This document shows positions 5,590-14,727 of a stretch of 24,094 bases of DNA, in pieces; position 1 is the stretch's first letter; every line of letters begins with the position of its first letter. Source of the DNA: a virus (taxonomy: Duplodnaviria > Caudoviricetes); IMG/VR virus record IMGVR_UViG_3300017716_002789, positions 1 to 24,094 of that record; one strand, written 5' to 3'. The position numbers and the translations under genes are program-made. The notes under the pieces are model-generated. The model saw nothing but the letters and a program-made list of their open reading frames with translations, ran no database searches and was not told where the DNA came from.

Positions 5590-6846
5590 TCAGGCGCCGT
5601 AAAGGATCTCGATCAGGTATCGTTCGAGGGTCAGGGTGTCGCCGGCGTTGGCCAGCAGCCCGGTGATCCGGATGTCGAAGGGGGCCGAGGTGTCGATTGC
5701 CAACACAGCGGGCGCCGCTCCGACGTTGCCGAAGGTGGTCGGCCCGGAAACTGCCGCGACCTGCGCAGTCTGCGAATTCCTGTTGGCCACAGTGCGCATT
5801 CCCTCGTTCGACAACGTCGAGGCCAAGGAGAAGTTCTGGAAGGCGTTGCCGCCGAAGCGATAGCGAATGTTCTTGGCGTTTGCGTTGCTCGCCCCGGCCG
5901 AGGCGAGCGTGGTGATTCGAATCGCACCGTTCGGACCCATGGCCCCGCCCGGCACAGTCACCAGAACATAATCGGTTTCGGCGGTCGTGCCGGTCAGCGG
6001 AATTGCTACGTTGCCGCGCGCCAGTACCCGCCAATGGTCGCGGTCGACATAGTCAGTGGTGGCGAGCTGGGTGTTGCGGGTCCCGGCTGAAGCCGTCGGC
6101 GCGGTCGGCGTTCCCGTGAGGGCTGGGCTGGCCAGCGGGGCCAGCAGGGCGCGCACGGCGTCCACGAAGGCTGTGGTGGCCAACTGGGTGGTATTCGTGC
6201 CGGGCGCCGCCGTTGGGGCCGTCGGCGTGCCGGTCAGGGCAGGACTGGCCAACGGAGCCCGCAGGCCCAGGGCCGTTGCCATGGACGTTGCAAAATTAGG
6301 GTCGTTGCCCAGCGCCGTCGCCAGCTCGTTCAGCGTGTCCAGCGCGGCCGGCGAACTGCTGATCAAGGCCGACACAGCCGACTGGATGAAGGCCGTGGTG
6401 GCGATCTGGGTCGTATTGGTGCCCGGAGCCGCCGTCGGGGCCGTCGGCGTACCCGTCAGGGCCGGGCTGGCCAGCGGGGCCAGCAGGGCGCGCACCGCGT
6501 CCACGAAGGCCGTGGTGGCGATCTGGGTCGTATTGGTGCCGGGGGCCGCCGTCGGGGCCGTCGGCGTACCTGTCAGGGACGGGCTGGCCAGCGGTGCCCG
6601 CAGGCCCAGGGCTGTGGTCATGGCGGCGGCAAAATTCGCGTCGTCGGCAATCGCCGCGGCCAGTTCGTTGAGGGTGTCCAGCGTCGCCGGAGCACCATCG
6701 ACGACGGCGGCCGTGACCAGAGCCACGATGGCTGAGAGCTGCAGCTGCAGGGTCGTCGGCACCGTCGCCACGTCCCGGCTGATCTCGATCTTGTCGGTGC
6801 CTTGGGCGGCACCGCCACTGGGCATGCCGCTGATTTTCTGAACCAT
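5590..6846 (-). CDS. tail fibre protein with tail-fibre repeats, 418 aa
   Basis: Contains LDTLNELA.AL..D.NFA and APLASPALTGTPTAPTAAPGTNTTQIATTAFV repeats typical of lambdoid side fibres and P2 gpH. Distinct C-terminal domain of about 150 aa. Confidence 0.9.
   Translation of the reverse strand: MVQKISGMPSGGAAQGTDKIEISRDVATVPTTLQLQLSAIVALVTAAVVDGAPATLDTLNELAAAIADDANFAAAMTTALGLRAPLASPSLTGTPTAPTAAPGTNTTQIATTAFVDAVRALLAPLASPALTGTPTAPTAAPGTNTTQIATTAFIQSAVSALISSSPAALDTLNELATALGNDPNFATSMATALGLRAPLASPALTGTPTAPTAAPGTNTTQLATTAFVDAVRALLAPLASPALTGTPTAPTASAGTRNTQLATTDYVDRDHWRVLARGNVAIPLTGTTAETDYVLVTVPGGAMGPNGAIRITTLASAGASNANAKNIRYRFGGNAFQNFSLASTLSNEGMRTVANRNSQTAQVAAVSGPTTFGNVGAAPAVLAIDTSAPFDIRITGLLANAGDTLTLERYLIEILYGA
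6050..6700 (-). repeat. nested coding repeats: two 339-nt (113-aa) blocks, each holding two units 117 nt (39 aa) apart
   Basis: GTGTCCA (LDTL) at 6335 and 6674 gives a 339-bp period. Four APLASP..TTAFV/TTDYV units. Confidence 0.85.
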
Positions 6847-6849
6847 GAC

Positions 6850-8727
6850 CTACTCCAGGATGCGGCGCTGGCCGTCTTCTGTCAGACGGACGTCCCCGTC
6901 TTCGGACGCGCGATATGTGAGGGCGAAAGGCCCGGCCGTTTCGGTGGCGGACCACTGAATTCCGCTGCGGGCGGTCTCGTAACCCAGCTGCACTTCCAGC
7001 AGGACGTCGGCCGAGACGAAGCTACTAGCCCCGCTGAACGACGCACCGGCGGCGGTGTCCGTCACTTCGCCGGTGACCCAGCTGGTCGCGCCATCGACGC
7101 GCCAGCGGATCCACCAGGTCAGGTCCGCACGATCCGGCCCCGCCCCGGTGACCAGCAGCCGCAGCCCGTCCGTGCCGCCCAGGGATTCAAAGAACCCGGT
7201 CACCGCCGCGATAGTCGGAGGATCCAGCGCCTCGGCAACCGGCCTCGATCCCAGCTCGCCGCTGTCTTCCTCAGTGGCTGCATCCCAGTCCCAGGCGGTC
7301 GGATCGGCCGCCACGACGGAAAGGCTGACGCTGCCGCGTGAGAACGTCAGCTGACCGCCGGACGTCATTTCGAGCACCACCCCGGTCAAGCCCAGGTCGG
7401 GCAGGTCCGCGGCGATCCAGCGTTGCCCCAGGGCATCCGCTGCCGACAGCTTCCCGGTCAAGGAAGCCCGGAACGGCGACTGCTGCCGGCGCAGCACGGC
7501 CTTGGCCACGCGGCGCGACATGGGCCCGCTGTTCGAACACTCCAACGGGAGATCCGCCGACACGACCCGCCCGATCCGGTCGACTGCCGTCTCATCCCGC
7601 CAGGCGGTCGTATCCACCAGGGTCCAGTTGGCGGCCTCGCTGACGAATTTCGGCACGATCTCATTGACCGCATCGAACGCCTGGGCGTCTCCCTCGATGT
7701 CATAGTCGGCGATGTCTTCGTCGGTCAGGGTCACCGTCGGCGCGCGGTACTTGCCGACCCACAGCCGCCAGACCCCGTGCTGGTCCTTCAGCAGCCGCCC
7801 GTCACAGGCGGCCAGCAGCTTGTCCAGCATCTCCTGCGGATCGGCGGGAACGGCATAGTAGCCGCTGCCCCAATAGCGTTTTTCGGTCCCGCCGGCGGCC
7901 AGCGGAATGTCTTCGTCACAGATGTCGAACTCGCCGATCCAGTGATCGATGGCCGGGGCGATCTCGGTCGCCCAGTCCATGCCCATCCCGGTTTCGTGCA
8001 GGCAGAAGTCCAGAATCTGCAGGCCGATATTGGCGCTGGCCGTCGGCCAGGTCGTCGGGTCCTCGCGGTCCTGATCCTCATCGCGCGGATCCCAGATCCG
8101 GGACAGCCGCCCGGTAATCGACCAGCTGGGGTCGCCGTTCGGATAGTCGGCCGCCAGGTTCTCCTTCTTGCCGTGCTTGTAGTCGCAACCCAGGCTGACG
8201 ACACCGTCGCCCCGGCAGGCCGTCGTCCACAGGGTAGGAACCGCCGTCTGGATCTCCGCATAGTGGGTTTCGGGCACGACGCCGAGCCGCGACTGGACCC
8301 GGATCAGATCATTCGCGCCGCCGCCATAGTCCGCGCTGCCTTCCACATAGCCGCCGGATCCGATGGTCAGGACATGGTCGTGGGACCAGACCTGATCGAT
8401 CGCCTCGATCGGGCCATCACAGATATAGACGACGTCAAAGGCCGAAGACCCCTTGGCCTCCCACAGGGCATAGTAGCCGCCCAGCTTGCGCCGGCCATAG
8501 CCTCGGATGCGCGGCGGAATCGGCTGCTTCTTCGACCCCTTGGCCGTCTCGATGTCCGGCGTGCCCTGGGCCGCCTTCAGCGCGGCGTTGACCGCCATAT
8601 CAACCGCGACCGTTGTGGCCACATAGGCGAGCGCCGAGACCACGTCGACGACGAAGGCGCTGGCCCCTTGATCACTGGCGGCGGCCGCTGCGGCGTTCGC
8701 CACCCACTCACCGATCGTATCAGCCAT
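6850..8727 (-). CDS. tail tip / central tail protein (gpJ-like), 625 aa
   Basis: Start re-assigned to ATG 8727 (MADTIGEW). Motifs PPRIRGYGRRKLGG, IWDPRD, CDEDIPL..GGTEKRY and LLAACDG are typical of siphophage/GTA-type tail tip proteins. FnIII-like C-terminus. Confidence 0.8.
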   Translation of the reverse strand: MADTIGEWVANAAAAAASDQGASAFVVDVVSALAYVATTVAVDMAVNAALKAAQGTPDIETAKGSKKQPIPPRIRGYGRRKLGGYYALWEAKGSSAFDVVYICDGPIEAIDQVWSHDHVLTIGSGGYVEGSADYGGGANDLIRVQSRLGVVPETHYAEIQTAVPTLWTTACRGDGVVSLGCDYKHGKKENLAADYPNGDPSWSITGRLSRIWDPRDEDQDREDPTTWPTASANIGLQILDFCLHETGMGMDWATEIAPAIDHWIGEFDICDEDIPLAAGGTEKRYWGSGYYAVPADPQEMLDKLLAACDGRLLKDQHGVWRLWVGKYRAPTVTLTDEDIADYDIEGDAQAFDAVNEIVPKFVSEAANWTLVDTTAWRDETAVDRIGRVVSADLPLECSNSGPMSRRVAKAVLRRQQSPFRASLTGKLSAADALGQRWIAADLPDLGLTGVVLEMTSGGQLTFSRGSVSLSVVAADPTAWDWDAATEEDSGELGSRPVAEALDPPTIAAVTGFFESLGGTDGLRLLVTGAGPDRADLTWWIRWRVDGATSWVTGEVTDTAAGASFSGASSFVSADVLLEVQLGYETARSGIQWSATETAGPFALTYRASEDGDVRLTEDGQRRILE

Positions 8728-9181
8728 GGTTTGCCTCTCCGATCCGCCAGGCCGCGACGACCTCAGCCCGGCCGATCCACAGGCCGCGCGGTGCGCGCGT
8801 TGCCCAGCGCGCGCCGGTGCAGATCGCGCCGGCCAGGGCCGGGCCGTCCTCACTCAGAATTCTCACGACGCCCACATCGCCACGACGCACGCCGTGCGTT
8901 GCGCTGTTGTCGATCCGGGCAAAGCCCACCATCGCCGCGCGGGCCAGTTCCAGCACGCCGCCCGAGGCAGCCAGCACGGCCGCCGGATCATGGGCGGCGG
9001 CGCGCCAGGACGCGGCCGGATCCGGATGGCCCAGATGAACCATCCAGTCCGCCGGCAGCAGCAGGCAGTTCGACGCCCGCCGGTCAGGGTTGCGTCGCGA
9101 CTGTTCGCGCAGGAAGGTCGCCAAACAATCACTGGCAGGCCGGTCACCCAGCTCGCCGGCCCCGCTCTTCAGCTCGGCCAT
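8720..9181 (-). CDS. tail assembly protein, NlpC/P60-like (DUF6950/gpK-like)
   Basis: NCLLLPADW and RRGDVGVV motifs. Position between hub and tip genes, overlapping both neighbours. Confidence 0.65.
   Translation of the reverse strand: MAELKSGAGELGDRPASDCLATFLREQSRRNPDRRASNCLLLPADWMVHLGHPDPAASWRAAAHDPAAVLAASGGVLELARAAMVGFARIDNSATHGVRRGDVGVVRILSEDGPALAGAICTGARWATRAPRGLWIGRAEVVAAWRIGEANHG
8885..8899. repeat. dispersed dyad motif, copy 1: ACGCAC-GCC-GTGCGT (inside CDS)
   Basis: Exact match read from the sequence; flanks CG...TG. Confidence 0.85.
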
Positions 9182-9768
9182 TTCCGCGTGCTGTCGCGGG
9201 CGTACAGGCCGATCCTGTCGAAGAACTCATCATCCGGAAAACGGGCACGCTGCCCGGCCCCGGTCGCATAGGCCTGAACCCCCCGACGGCGCAGATAGGA
9301 CCCGGCCACGAGCGTCACCGAGATCGCCCGCTCCCAGGTCGCGTCATTCTTGCGGGCCCGGCGAACCCGGGGATTGAACAGCTTGCCGCGCAGGGGCCAG
9401 CGGATCGGTCCGGCCGGACGATAGCGTTCGTCCAGGATCGCCCAGCCCATGGCCGCCGAGGATCCGACGATCTGATCGCGGTCCAGGATGTAGGACTGGA
9501 TCGTCTCCGTGCTTACGCCCGACAGCTGCAGGGTCAGGCCCTGCGCCGCGCCGTTCATGGCCATGTCGATATCGGGCAGGCCCGGGCCGAACGACCCCGC
9601 CGCCAGATAGATACCGCCGGTCGTCTCGACGCCGTCCGCCGGCACGGGATAGTCACCGGCGGTGGCCGTCAGCCGCAGCACGGTCCCGCCCACCTCGGCG
9701 CGAAAGAAAAAGGCCAGGTTCTGTCGGTCAGACCGGCAGATCGCCCGCTCGGTGGCGTTGAAACTCAT
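9169..9768 (-). CDS. minor tail / hub protein (gpL-like position), 199 aa
   Basis: Start re-assigned to ATG 9768 (MSFNATE), which forms an ATGA overlap with the upstream stop. C-terminal Q.ARFP.D.FFD....Y.....KWP motif. Confidence 0.7.
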   Translation of the reverse strand: MSFNATERAICRSDRQNLAFFFRAEVGGTVLRLTATAGDYPVPADGVETTGGIYLAAGSFGPGLPDIDMAMNGAAQGLTLQLSGVSTETIQSYILDRDQIVGSSAAMGWAILDERYRPAGPIRWPLRGKLFNPRVRRARKNDATWERAISVTLVAGSYLRRRGVQAYATGAGQRARFPDDEFFDRIGLYARDSTRKWPS

Positions 9769-10442
9769 CGAACCGCCTCGACGAACCGCACCGAGGGCCG
9801 GGCGATCCAGCTCCGCGACATCTTCGGCCACAGACCGCCCTCGGGATCGTTCACCCGCATGGCGCAATGGGGATTGTTGAAATTGACCGGCGTGCCGGCC
9901 GCATGGGCCTGGCGGAACTGCGGCGCGATCGACACCGACCACAGGCCGGGCTCGACCTCGGTCATGGTCTCACACAGGTGCATCTCTTCACCCAGGCTGG
10001 CGGACCGCACCAGGCTGAAGACATCCGCACCCAGCAGTGTGCCACCCGTGACCCGGATCAGGGCCGTGTCGGCGCGCAGCACGACCGCCTCTTCCAGCTC
10101 GGCGGTGATCAGGCCGACGATCTCGCCGGTCCCGTCGGAATACTCGCTGTCGTCCGAGAACGGCACCTCGACCAGCCCACCCGTCGGGGATTGCTCGATG
10201 AAGGGCACGTCGATCCGCGCGCCGCCGCGCATCCGGCTGGCCAGAGCGCGCACCGCCCGGTGCTCGGCCGAGGTCGCCGCCCGCATCTCGCCGAACTCGG
10301 CGATCCAGTAGCCGCCGCCGTCCGTCGTCACCCCATCGGGCGGCAGGCCGAAACTGGCCGGGCCGTCGACACGGGCGTCGGCCAGTCGCCATTGCAGCAT
10401 GGACGGCAGGAACGGCCGGGACAGGGGCAGGCGCTCGATCAT
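9765..10442 (-). CDS. distal tail protein (Dit-like), 225 aa
   Basis: Directly after the tape measure gene. Motifs GGGYW.A, VPFSDDSEYSDGTG, I.P.FR and C-terminal FVEA. Confidence 0.7.
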   Translation of the reverse strand: MIERLPLSRPFLPSMLQWRLADARVDGPASFGLPPDGVTTDGGGYWIAEFGEMRAATSAEHRAVRALASRMRGGARIDVPFIEQSPTGGLVEVPFSDDSEYSDGTGEIVGLITAELEEAVVLRADTALIRVTGGTLLGADVFSLVRSASLGEEMHLCETMTEVEPGLWSVSIAPQFRQAHAAGTPVNFNNPHCAMRVNDPEGGLWPKMSRSWIARPSVRFVEAVR

Positions 10443-10444
10443 CG

Positions 10445-13201
10445 TCAGCCCTTCATCATGCGGTCGACGCGCTGCACCGAAGGGGCCGTAGCATGGACCG
10501 TGCTGACGGCTGAGCTTGCACCCCGCGCGGCCCCGACCGAGGCGGCCTGCACGTCACCGCGCTGGATCATCTGCCAGAACTCGGGCGTCATAAGATTGCC
10601 GCTGAAATGGTTGTGCACCACGGCCGGGGCCCCGCCCCCGCCCGCACCCGCGCCCATCATGGCCAGGCTGCGGGCATTGCTGGCGATCTGGGCCCCACGC
10701 GGTGCCCGGATCAGCTCCGGGCCTTCCTCGCCGACCCAGGTCCAACCGCCGGACCAATAGTCCGTGCCGGCCGCGTTGTTGCCGGGCTTCTTGCCGCCGG
10801 TGAAGCTCGAGAACAGGGCGCTGATCCAGTCACCGGCGCCGCCCTTGCCGCCACCAAATCCGCCACCGCCGCCCTGATTGAAGATGCTCGCCCAGTCGAT
10901 GTCGAACAGCTTGTCGACCAGATTTTCAATCAGGCGGTCGACCGACTGGTCAAACTGGCTGGTCAGGGCCTCGCGGATCCCGCCCTGGCGGATGTCGTCG
11001 ATGAAGCTCTTCGTCCAGGCGCGACGGGCACCCTCGGCCTGGGCATCGATCTCCTGACCGATTTCGGTCTTTGCCCGGCTCTCGCCCTCACCCCGGTTAA
11101 GCCCTTCGCGGGACTCGATCTCGCGAGCCCGCGACGCGATGCGCGCCCTGCGCTCCAGCCCCTCGACCTCCGCCTCGCGGCCGGCCAGCCGGGCCAGCGT
11201 CAGACGCTGTTCCTCAGCGGCCTCGGCGACAATCCGGGCCATGACCTCGGCGCGGGCCTCTTCGACCTGCAACTGGTCCCGGGCCGCCTTCAGCCAGGCG
11301 TCATAATATCCACGCCCGGCGTCGACATAGGTCGCGATCCGTTCTTGCAGATCGGCGCTGCGCTCGGAAAGCGCGACGTCCCGCTCGAGCCCCAGGATGC
11401 GATCGACCTCGATCGCCGCCGCAATCTGTGCAGCATTGGTTTCGCGTTCGGAGACGATGGCACGCGCGGCCAGCAGCTGCTGCTGTTCCTGCAAGGCTTG
11501 AGTGCGCGCAGCACCGGCCTCGACATCGTCGTCGACCAGCTGGCGGATCCGCTCGCGAAGAGCCGCTTCATCTTCCAGCACACGGACATGATCCACATCG
11601 CCCAGGGCGCGGGTCATCTCCAGTTCAATCATCGCCGCTCGGTCTTCGGCGGCGCGATCACGCTGCAAACGCTCACGGGCAGCGCGATCCCCAGATCGGT
11701 CCGTCCGAGTGCGCGGCGCGCCATCCTGGGCCAGTTGTGCCGCCTGGTTGTCTGCTGCGTCAGCATTTGCTCGCCCACGTCGGTCATCATCCAGCTGGTC
11801 ACGCAGAAGCTGGGCTCGCTCCTCCTCAAGGCGGGTGATGAAGCCCGGGGACAGCTGAATGCCGCGCGACTCCCGATCCCGGGCTCCCATAATCGCCTTA
11901 TCCAGGCTGGCCAACCGTTCGTCCGGCGTCGTGTAGAGGGCGCGCCCCAGCTCGTCCCAATAGTTGCTGACGGCTCGCGCGGCCGCATCCCAGGCGCTTT
12001 CGATCGAGCCGATGCGCTCGGCCTGCCCGTCAACGGCCCCGGTCAGGGCCTCCAGCAGGATCTTCTGCGCGGCCAGCCGGTCACCGTGCTTCACCAGGGT
12101 GTCGATATGAGCCAGCGTCTCCTGATCCAGCAGACCGATCTGGCGGGTCAGTTCCCGCGCAGCCTTGTCCGGCTCGGTCATCGCCTTGGCCAAGGATGCG
12201 GTCGCCTGTTCGGCGTCCATACCCATGACGGCGGCGTAGTCCTTGCCGATCGCGATCAGGCCGCCGATCACCTCTCCGCCGATCCTGCCCGTCTGGACGT
12301 AGGCAGCGGCCTGGGCGCGCGCCGAGCGCACCGAAACCTCGCCTCGGATGGCAGCCGACTGCGTCAGGGTTTCCAGTTCAATGGCCGTCAGGCCCGAGGT
12401 CCGGCCCAGGCCGGTCACGGCCCGATCCAGCACCAGAGCCTGGGACTCGCCGTCTTTCCAGGCAGCCGCCGCCACCGCCGCCGCGCCGGCCGCTGCGGTA
12501 AGAGCGGCACCCATGGCCAGCAGGCCGGCCGAGGCGCGGATCCCGCTGGTCGCAAGGGCGTCCGCGATCTGCGGTCCTTGCTGCATGGCGATCATCGCCG
12601 GGTTCATGCCCATGGCCGCGGTCACGGCCACATCTGCCCCCTGACGGGCCAGGTTCAGTCGGCTGGCCACCTGGTTGCGGGTCAGGCCGTTCGTGTTCTG
12701 GGCCAAGGCCGCCGTCGTCGCATCCAGCCGGGTCTTGGCCAGCGCCTGCGCCTGGGCCAGTTCCATCGTGCTGATCGCGCCGCGTTTCTGCAGGCCGTCA
12801 TATTCGCGCAGTTCGGCGTTGTAACGGTCCGTGGCCGCCGCCAGCGGATCGATCTCCGCCTTCAGCTGGGCCGCGCGGCGGGCCGCATCTTCATCGGCCC
12901 GGAACGCGGCGGCGAACACATCGGCCGAGGCGCTGGCGCTGCCCGCGCCATATCCACCGACGCCCAGCGCCGCGTTGAACTGGTTCTGGGCCTGCGACGC
13001 CTGAGCCGCCATCCGCAGGGCCTCGGCATTACGCCGCCACTGGGCTTCCTGCCGCTCGGCGGCTTGGGTCGCCCGGTCCGTCGCTGCCGCCGTTGCGGTA
13101 TTGGCCTGGACCCCGGCCTCTTCGATCCTGCGGACTTCGCTGATGACCTCGGCCCCACCCTCAGGCTTCAGCCGGAACGCGATCTGACGGGTAGTAGCCA
13201 T
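10445..13201 (-). CDS. tail tape measure protein, 918 aa
   Basis: Ala-rich helical protein. Lambda-type motif QGADVAVTAAMGMNPAMIAMQQGPQI and C-terminal AAGTDYWSGGWTWVGEEGPEL. Confidence 0.93.
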   Translation of the reverse strand: MATTRQIAFRLKPEGGAEVISEVRRIEEAGVQANTATAAATDRATQAAERQEAQWRRNAEALRMAAQASQAQNQFNAALGVGGYGAGSASASADVFAAAFRADEDAARRAAQLKAEIDPLAAATDRYNAELREYDGLQKRGAISTMELAQAQALAKTRLDATTAALAQNTNGLTRNQVASRLNLARQGADVAVTAAMGMNPAMIAMQQGPQIADALATSGIRASAGLLAMGAALTAAAGAAAVAAAAWKDGESQALVLDRAVTGLGRTSGLTAIELETLTQSAAIRGEVSVRSARAQAAAYVQTGRIGGEVIGGLIAIGKDYAAVMGMDAEQATASLAKAMTEPDKAARELTRQIGLLDQETLAHIDTLVKHGDRLAAQKILLEALTGAVDGQAERIGSIESAWDAAARAVSNYWDELGRALYTTPDERLASLDKAIMGARDRESRGIQLSPGFITRLEEERAQLLRDQLDDDRRGRANADAADNQAAQLAQDGAPRTRTDRSGDRAARERLQRDRAAEDRAAMIELEMTRALGDVDHVRVLEDEAALRERIRQLVDDDVEAGAARTQALQEQQQLLAARAIVSERETNAAQIAAAIEVDRILGLERDVALSERSADLQERIATYVDAGRGYYDAWLKAARDQLQVEEARAEVMARIVAEAAEEQRLTLARLAGREAEVEGLERRARIASRAREIESREGLNRGEGESRAKTEIGQEIDAQAEGARRAWTKSFIDDIRQGGIREALTSQFDQSVDRLIENLVDKLFDIDWASIFNQGGGGGFGGGKGGAGDWISALFSSFTGGKKPGNNAAGTDYWSGGWTWVGEEGPELIRAPRGAQIASNARSLAMMGAGAGGGGAPAVVHNHFSGNLMTPEFWQMIQRGDVQAASVGAARGASSAVSTVHATAPSVQRVDRMMKG

Positions 13202-13202
13202 G

Positions 13203-13901
13203 TCAGTCCCTCCAGGCGTTGGCGATCAGGGTGGCCCCGACGCCGGCGGACCGTTCGGCCACCGCGTCCAGATCCAGCCGCTTCTTCAGAGTCACCTGCG
13301 GCACCAGAACGAAGGCGACGAAAGTCTGCCCTTCCGGGCCGTACAGTTTCGCGCCGCGACCCTTGCCCCGGTAGGGAGCGATGATCCCGCCGCTTCTGCG
13401 GTTCAGCTGCGCGCGGTCCGCGACCAGAAAGGCGCGGTTCCCCTTGCCCGGGACGAACCTCAGTTTCAGTCCGGTGCGCCGCTCGAAGCCAGCGGGCGTG
13501 ATCCGCTCGCGCGCACCCTTCCGGTTCGTGGTGGCGCCGGCCCCGGACATCCCGGCCTTCAGACCGAACCGGCCCGCCTCGGGCGTCGGAACGGCCAGCC
13601 ATTTGCCCCGGTTGGCCCGGATCACCACGCCCTTCGAATGGGCGTCGATGATCTTGGCGGCCGAGCCGCGGACCTTGACCCAGCCGGCGGCGTCGACGCT
13701 GTCGCCCGTCCGGGGATAGACTTCGCCGCGCCAGGCCTTTGGCAGACTGTTCCGGAAACCCAGGGCGAGAAACGTCTCTTCGCGGACGTCGGCCTTCAGC
13801 GCCTCGGTCGCCGCCTTGACGCCGAGCGTGACCGCCCGTGCCAGATCCTTTTCGAGGCCCCGGGCGAGGCCGGCCATGTCAAAGGAACCGCGCACGGCCA
13901 T
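13203..13901 (-). CDS. DUF6441-like basic virion morphogenesis (neck/tail completion) protein, 232 aa
   Basis: GVVIRANRGKWLAVPT and FVLVPQVTLKKRLD motifs; Arg/Gly-rich. Confidence 0.65.
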   Translation of the reverse strand: MAVRGSFDMAGLARGLEKDLARAVTLGVKAATEALKADVREETFLALGFRNSLPKAWRGEVYPRTGDSVDAAGWVKVRGSAAKIIDAHSKGVVIRANRGKWLAVPTPEAGRFGLKAGMSGAGATTNRKGARERITPAGFERRTGLKLRFVPGKGNRAFLVADRAQLNRRSGGIIAPYRGKGRGAKLYGPEGQTFVAFVLVPQVTLKKRLDLDAVAERSAGVGATLIANAWRD

Positions 13902-13904
13902 GGC

Positions 13905-14243
13905 CTATTCATCCACTTCCGACTCTTCGCCCTTCAGCGCCAGCAGCACGACCGTCTCGATCTCGGGCAGGATCTCAGCCAGCAGGGCCGCGTCCGCGCC
14001 CAGCGCCTGGCCGACCTGCATGACCGCCCCGAAGTCCAGGCCGTAGGGCCCGTTCATTCCCATCCGCAGCTGCCAGCGGCAGCCCTTGACGACACTCCAG
14101 ACCGTCAGGCCTTCGCCGGTTCGGGGCTGGTTGACGACGGCGGGACACTCCCGGCATCGGTGGCCGTTGTCGGTGATGCATCCGTCGCAGTAGCTGTCGC
14201 CGCCCTCGGGGTGGAATTCCCACCTTGCGAGGGCGACAAGCCG
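13905..14243 (-). CDS. gpT-like frame of the gpGT tail chaperone, reached by -1 frameshift (112 aa after the slip)
   Basis: Hand-translated: RLVALARWEFHPEGGDSYCDGCITDNGHRCRECPAVVNQPRTGEGLTVWSVVKGCRWQLRMGMNGPYGLDFGAVMQVGQALGADAALLAEILPEIETVVLLALKGEESEVDE*. Stop TAG at 13905-13907, 3 bp before the next ATG. The GLD(F/Y) motif is typical. Confidence 0.85.
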   Translation of the reverse strand, partial: RLVALARWEFHPEGGDSYCDGCITDNGHRCRECPAVVNQPRTGEGLTVWSVVKGCRWQLRMGMNGPYGLDFGAVMQVGQALGADAALLAEILPEIETVVLLALKGEESEVDE

Positions 14244-14635
14244 TTTTTTTCAGCTTCGGCCTCCAGCAGCGGGCCTGCGTACTGGCGCTCAAACGCCTCA
14301 TAGGCCGGGAACCAGCCCAGCAGCTGATCAATCTGTTCCGGTGTCGGCTGCCCCTCGATCGGAGATCCGTCGCTGTCGGCCACGCCTTCCAGAGCCCGCA
14401 GGCCGCCACGCCGCTCGGGCGGCGCGTCAGGATCCGGGCGATGCACCAGCGCCCCGATCAGGGCGCAGCGATAGCGGGAATGCAGGTCGTGCGGCTCGCC
14501 TTCGCCGGCGGCCAGCACCAGGTCGCGGGCCAGGCCCTTGGCGCGCAGATAGTCATGGGGCTGGATCGGGTCACAGACGGCAACCGCGCCAGGCCCGAGA
14601 TCAATACGAACAGGCGCGAAACTCTTCAGCTGCAT
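14105..14635 (-). CDS. tail assembly chaperone (gpG-like), 176 aa
   Basis: Start re-assigned to ATG 14635 (MQLKSFAP). Follows the tail tube gene. EKNG slippery site followed by a low-complexity Ser/Thr/Pro tail. Confidence 0.8.
   Translation of the reverse strand: MQLKSFAPVRIDLGPGAVAVCDPIQPHDYLRAKGLARDLVLAAGEGEPHDLHSRYRCALIGALVHRPDPDAPPERRGGLRALEGVADSDGSPIEGQPTPEQIDQLLGWFPAYEAFERQYAGPLLEAEAEKNGLSPSQGGNSTPRAATATATDASPTTATDAGSVPPSSTSPEPAKA
14243..14249 (-). other. -1 ribosomal frameshift heptamer A AAA AAC
   Basis: Minus strand reads GAA AAA AAC GGC in the gpG frame, a correct X XXY YYZ phase. The -1 frame is open to 13905. Confidence 0.85.
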
Positions 14636-14659
14636 GAGGACAGACTCGGTTAAGGCGAA

Positions 14660-14685
14660 AGCCCCGCCGGCGAACCGGCGGGGCT
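14660..14685 (-). terminator. 11-bp stem-loop with TTCG loop and short U run (partial terminator or stabiliser) after tail tube gene
   Basis: Minus strand AGCCCCGCCGG-TTCG-CCGGCGGGGCT-TTCG. Confidence 0.6.
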
Positions 14686-14712
14686 GGGGGAAGCGGGCGG
14701 GTATTCGATGCA

Positions 14713-14727
14713 ACGCACGCCGTGCGT
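14713..14727. repeat. dispersed dyad motif, copy 2 (intergenic, after tail tube gene)
   Basis: CA-ACGCAC-GCC-GTGCGT-CG. Confidence 0.85.

Noticed and set aside
4418-6034. ORF-track N-terminal extensions (6034, 8853, 9942, 14713, 17261, 1883, 1329, 995)
   Set aside because: They overlap upstream genes or hairpins and encode Arg/Pro-rich nonsense. Downstream ATGs with Shine-Dalgarno sites, stop-start coupling or a proper signal peptide fit better.
3386-6846. Diversity-generating retroelement or invertible fibre cassette
   Set aside because: No reverse transcriptase or invertase gene, no template/variable repeat pair with adenine-specific mismatches, and no inverted fibre fragments are visible in this window.
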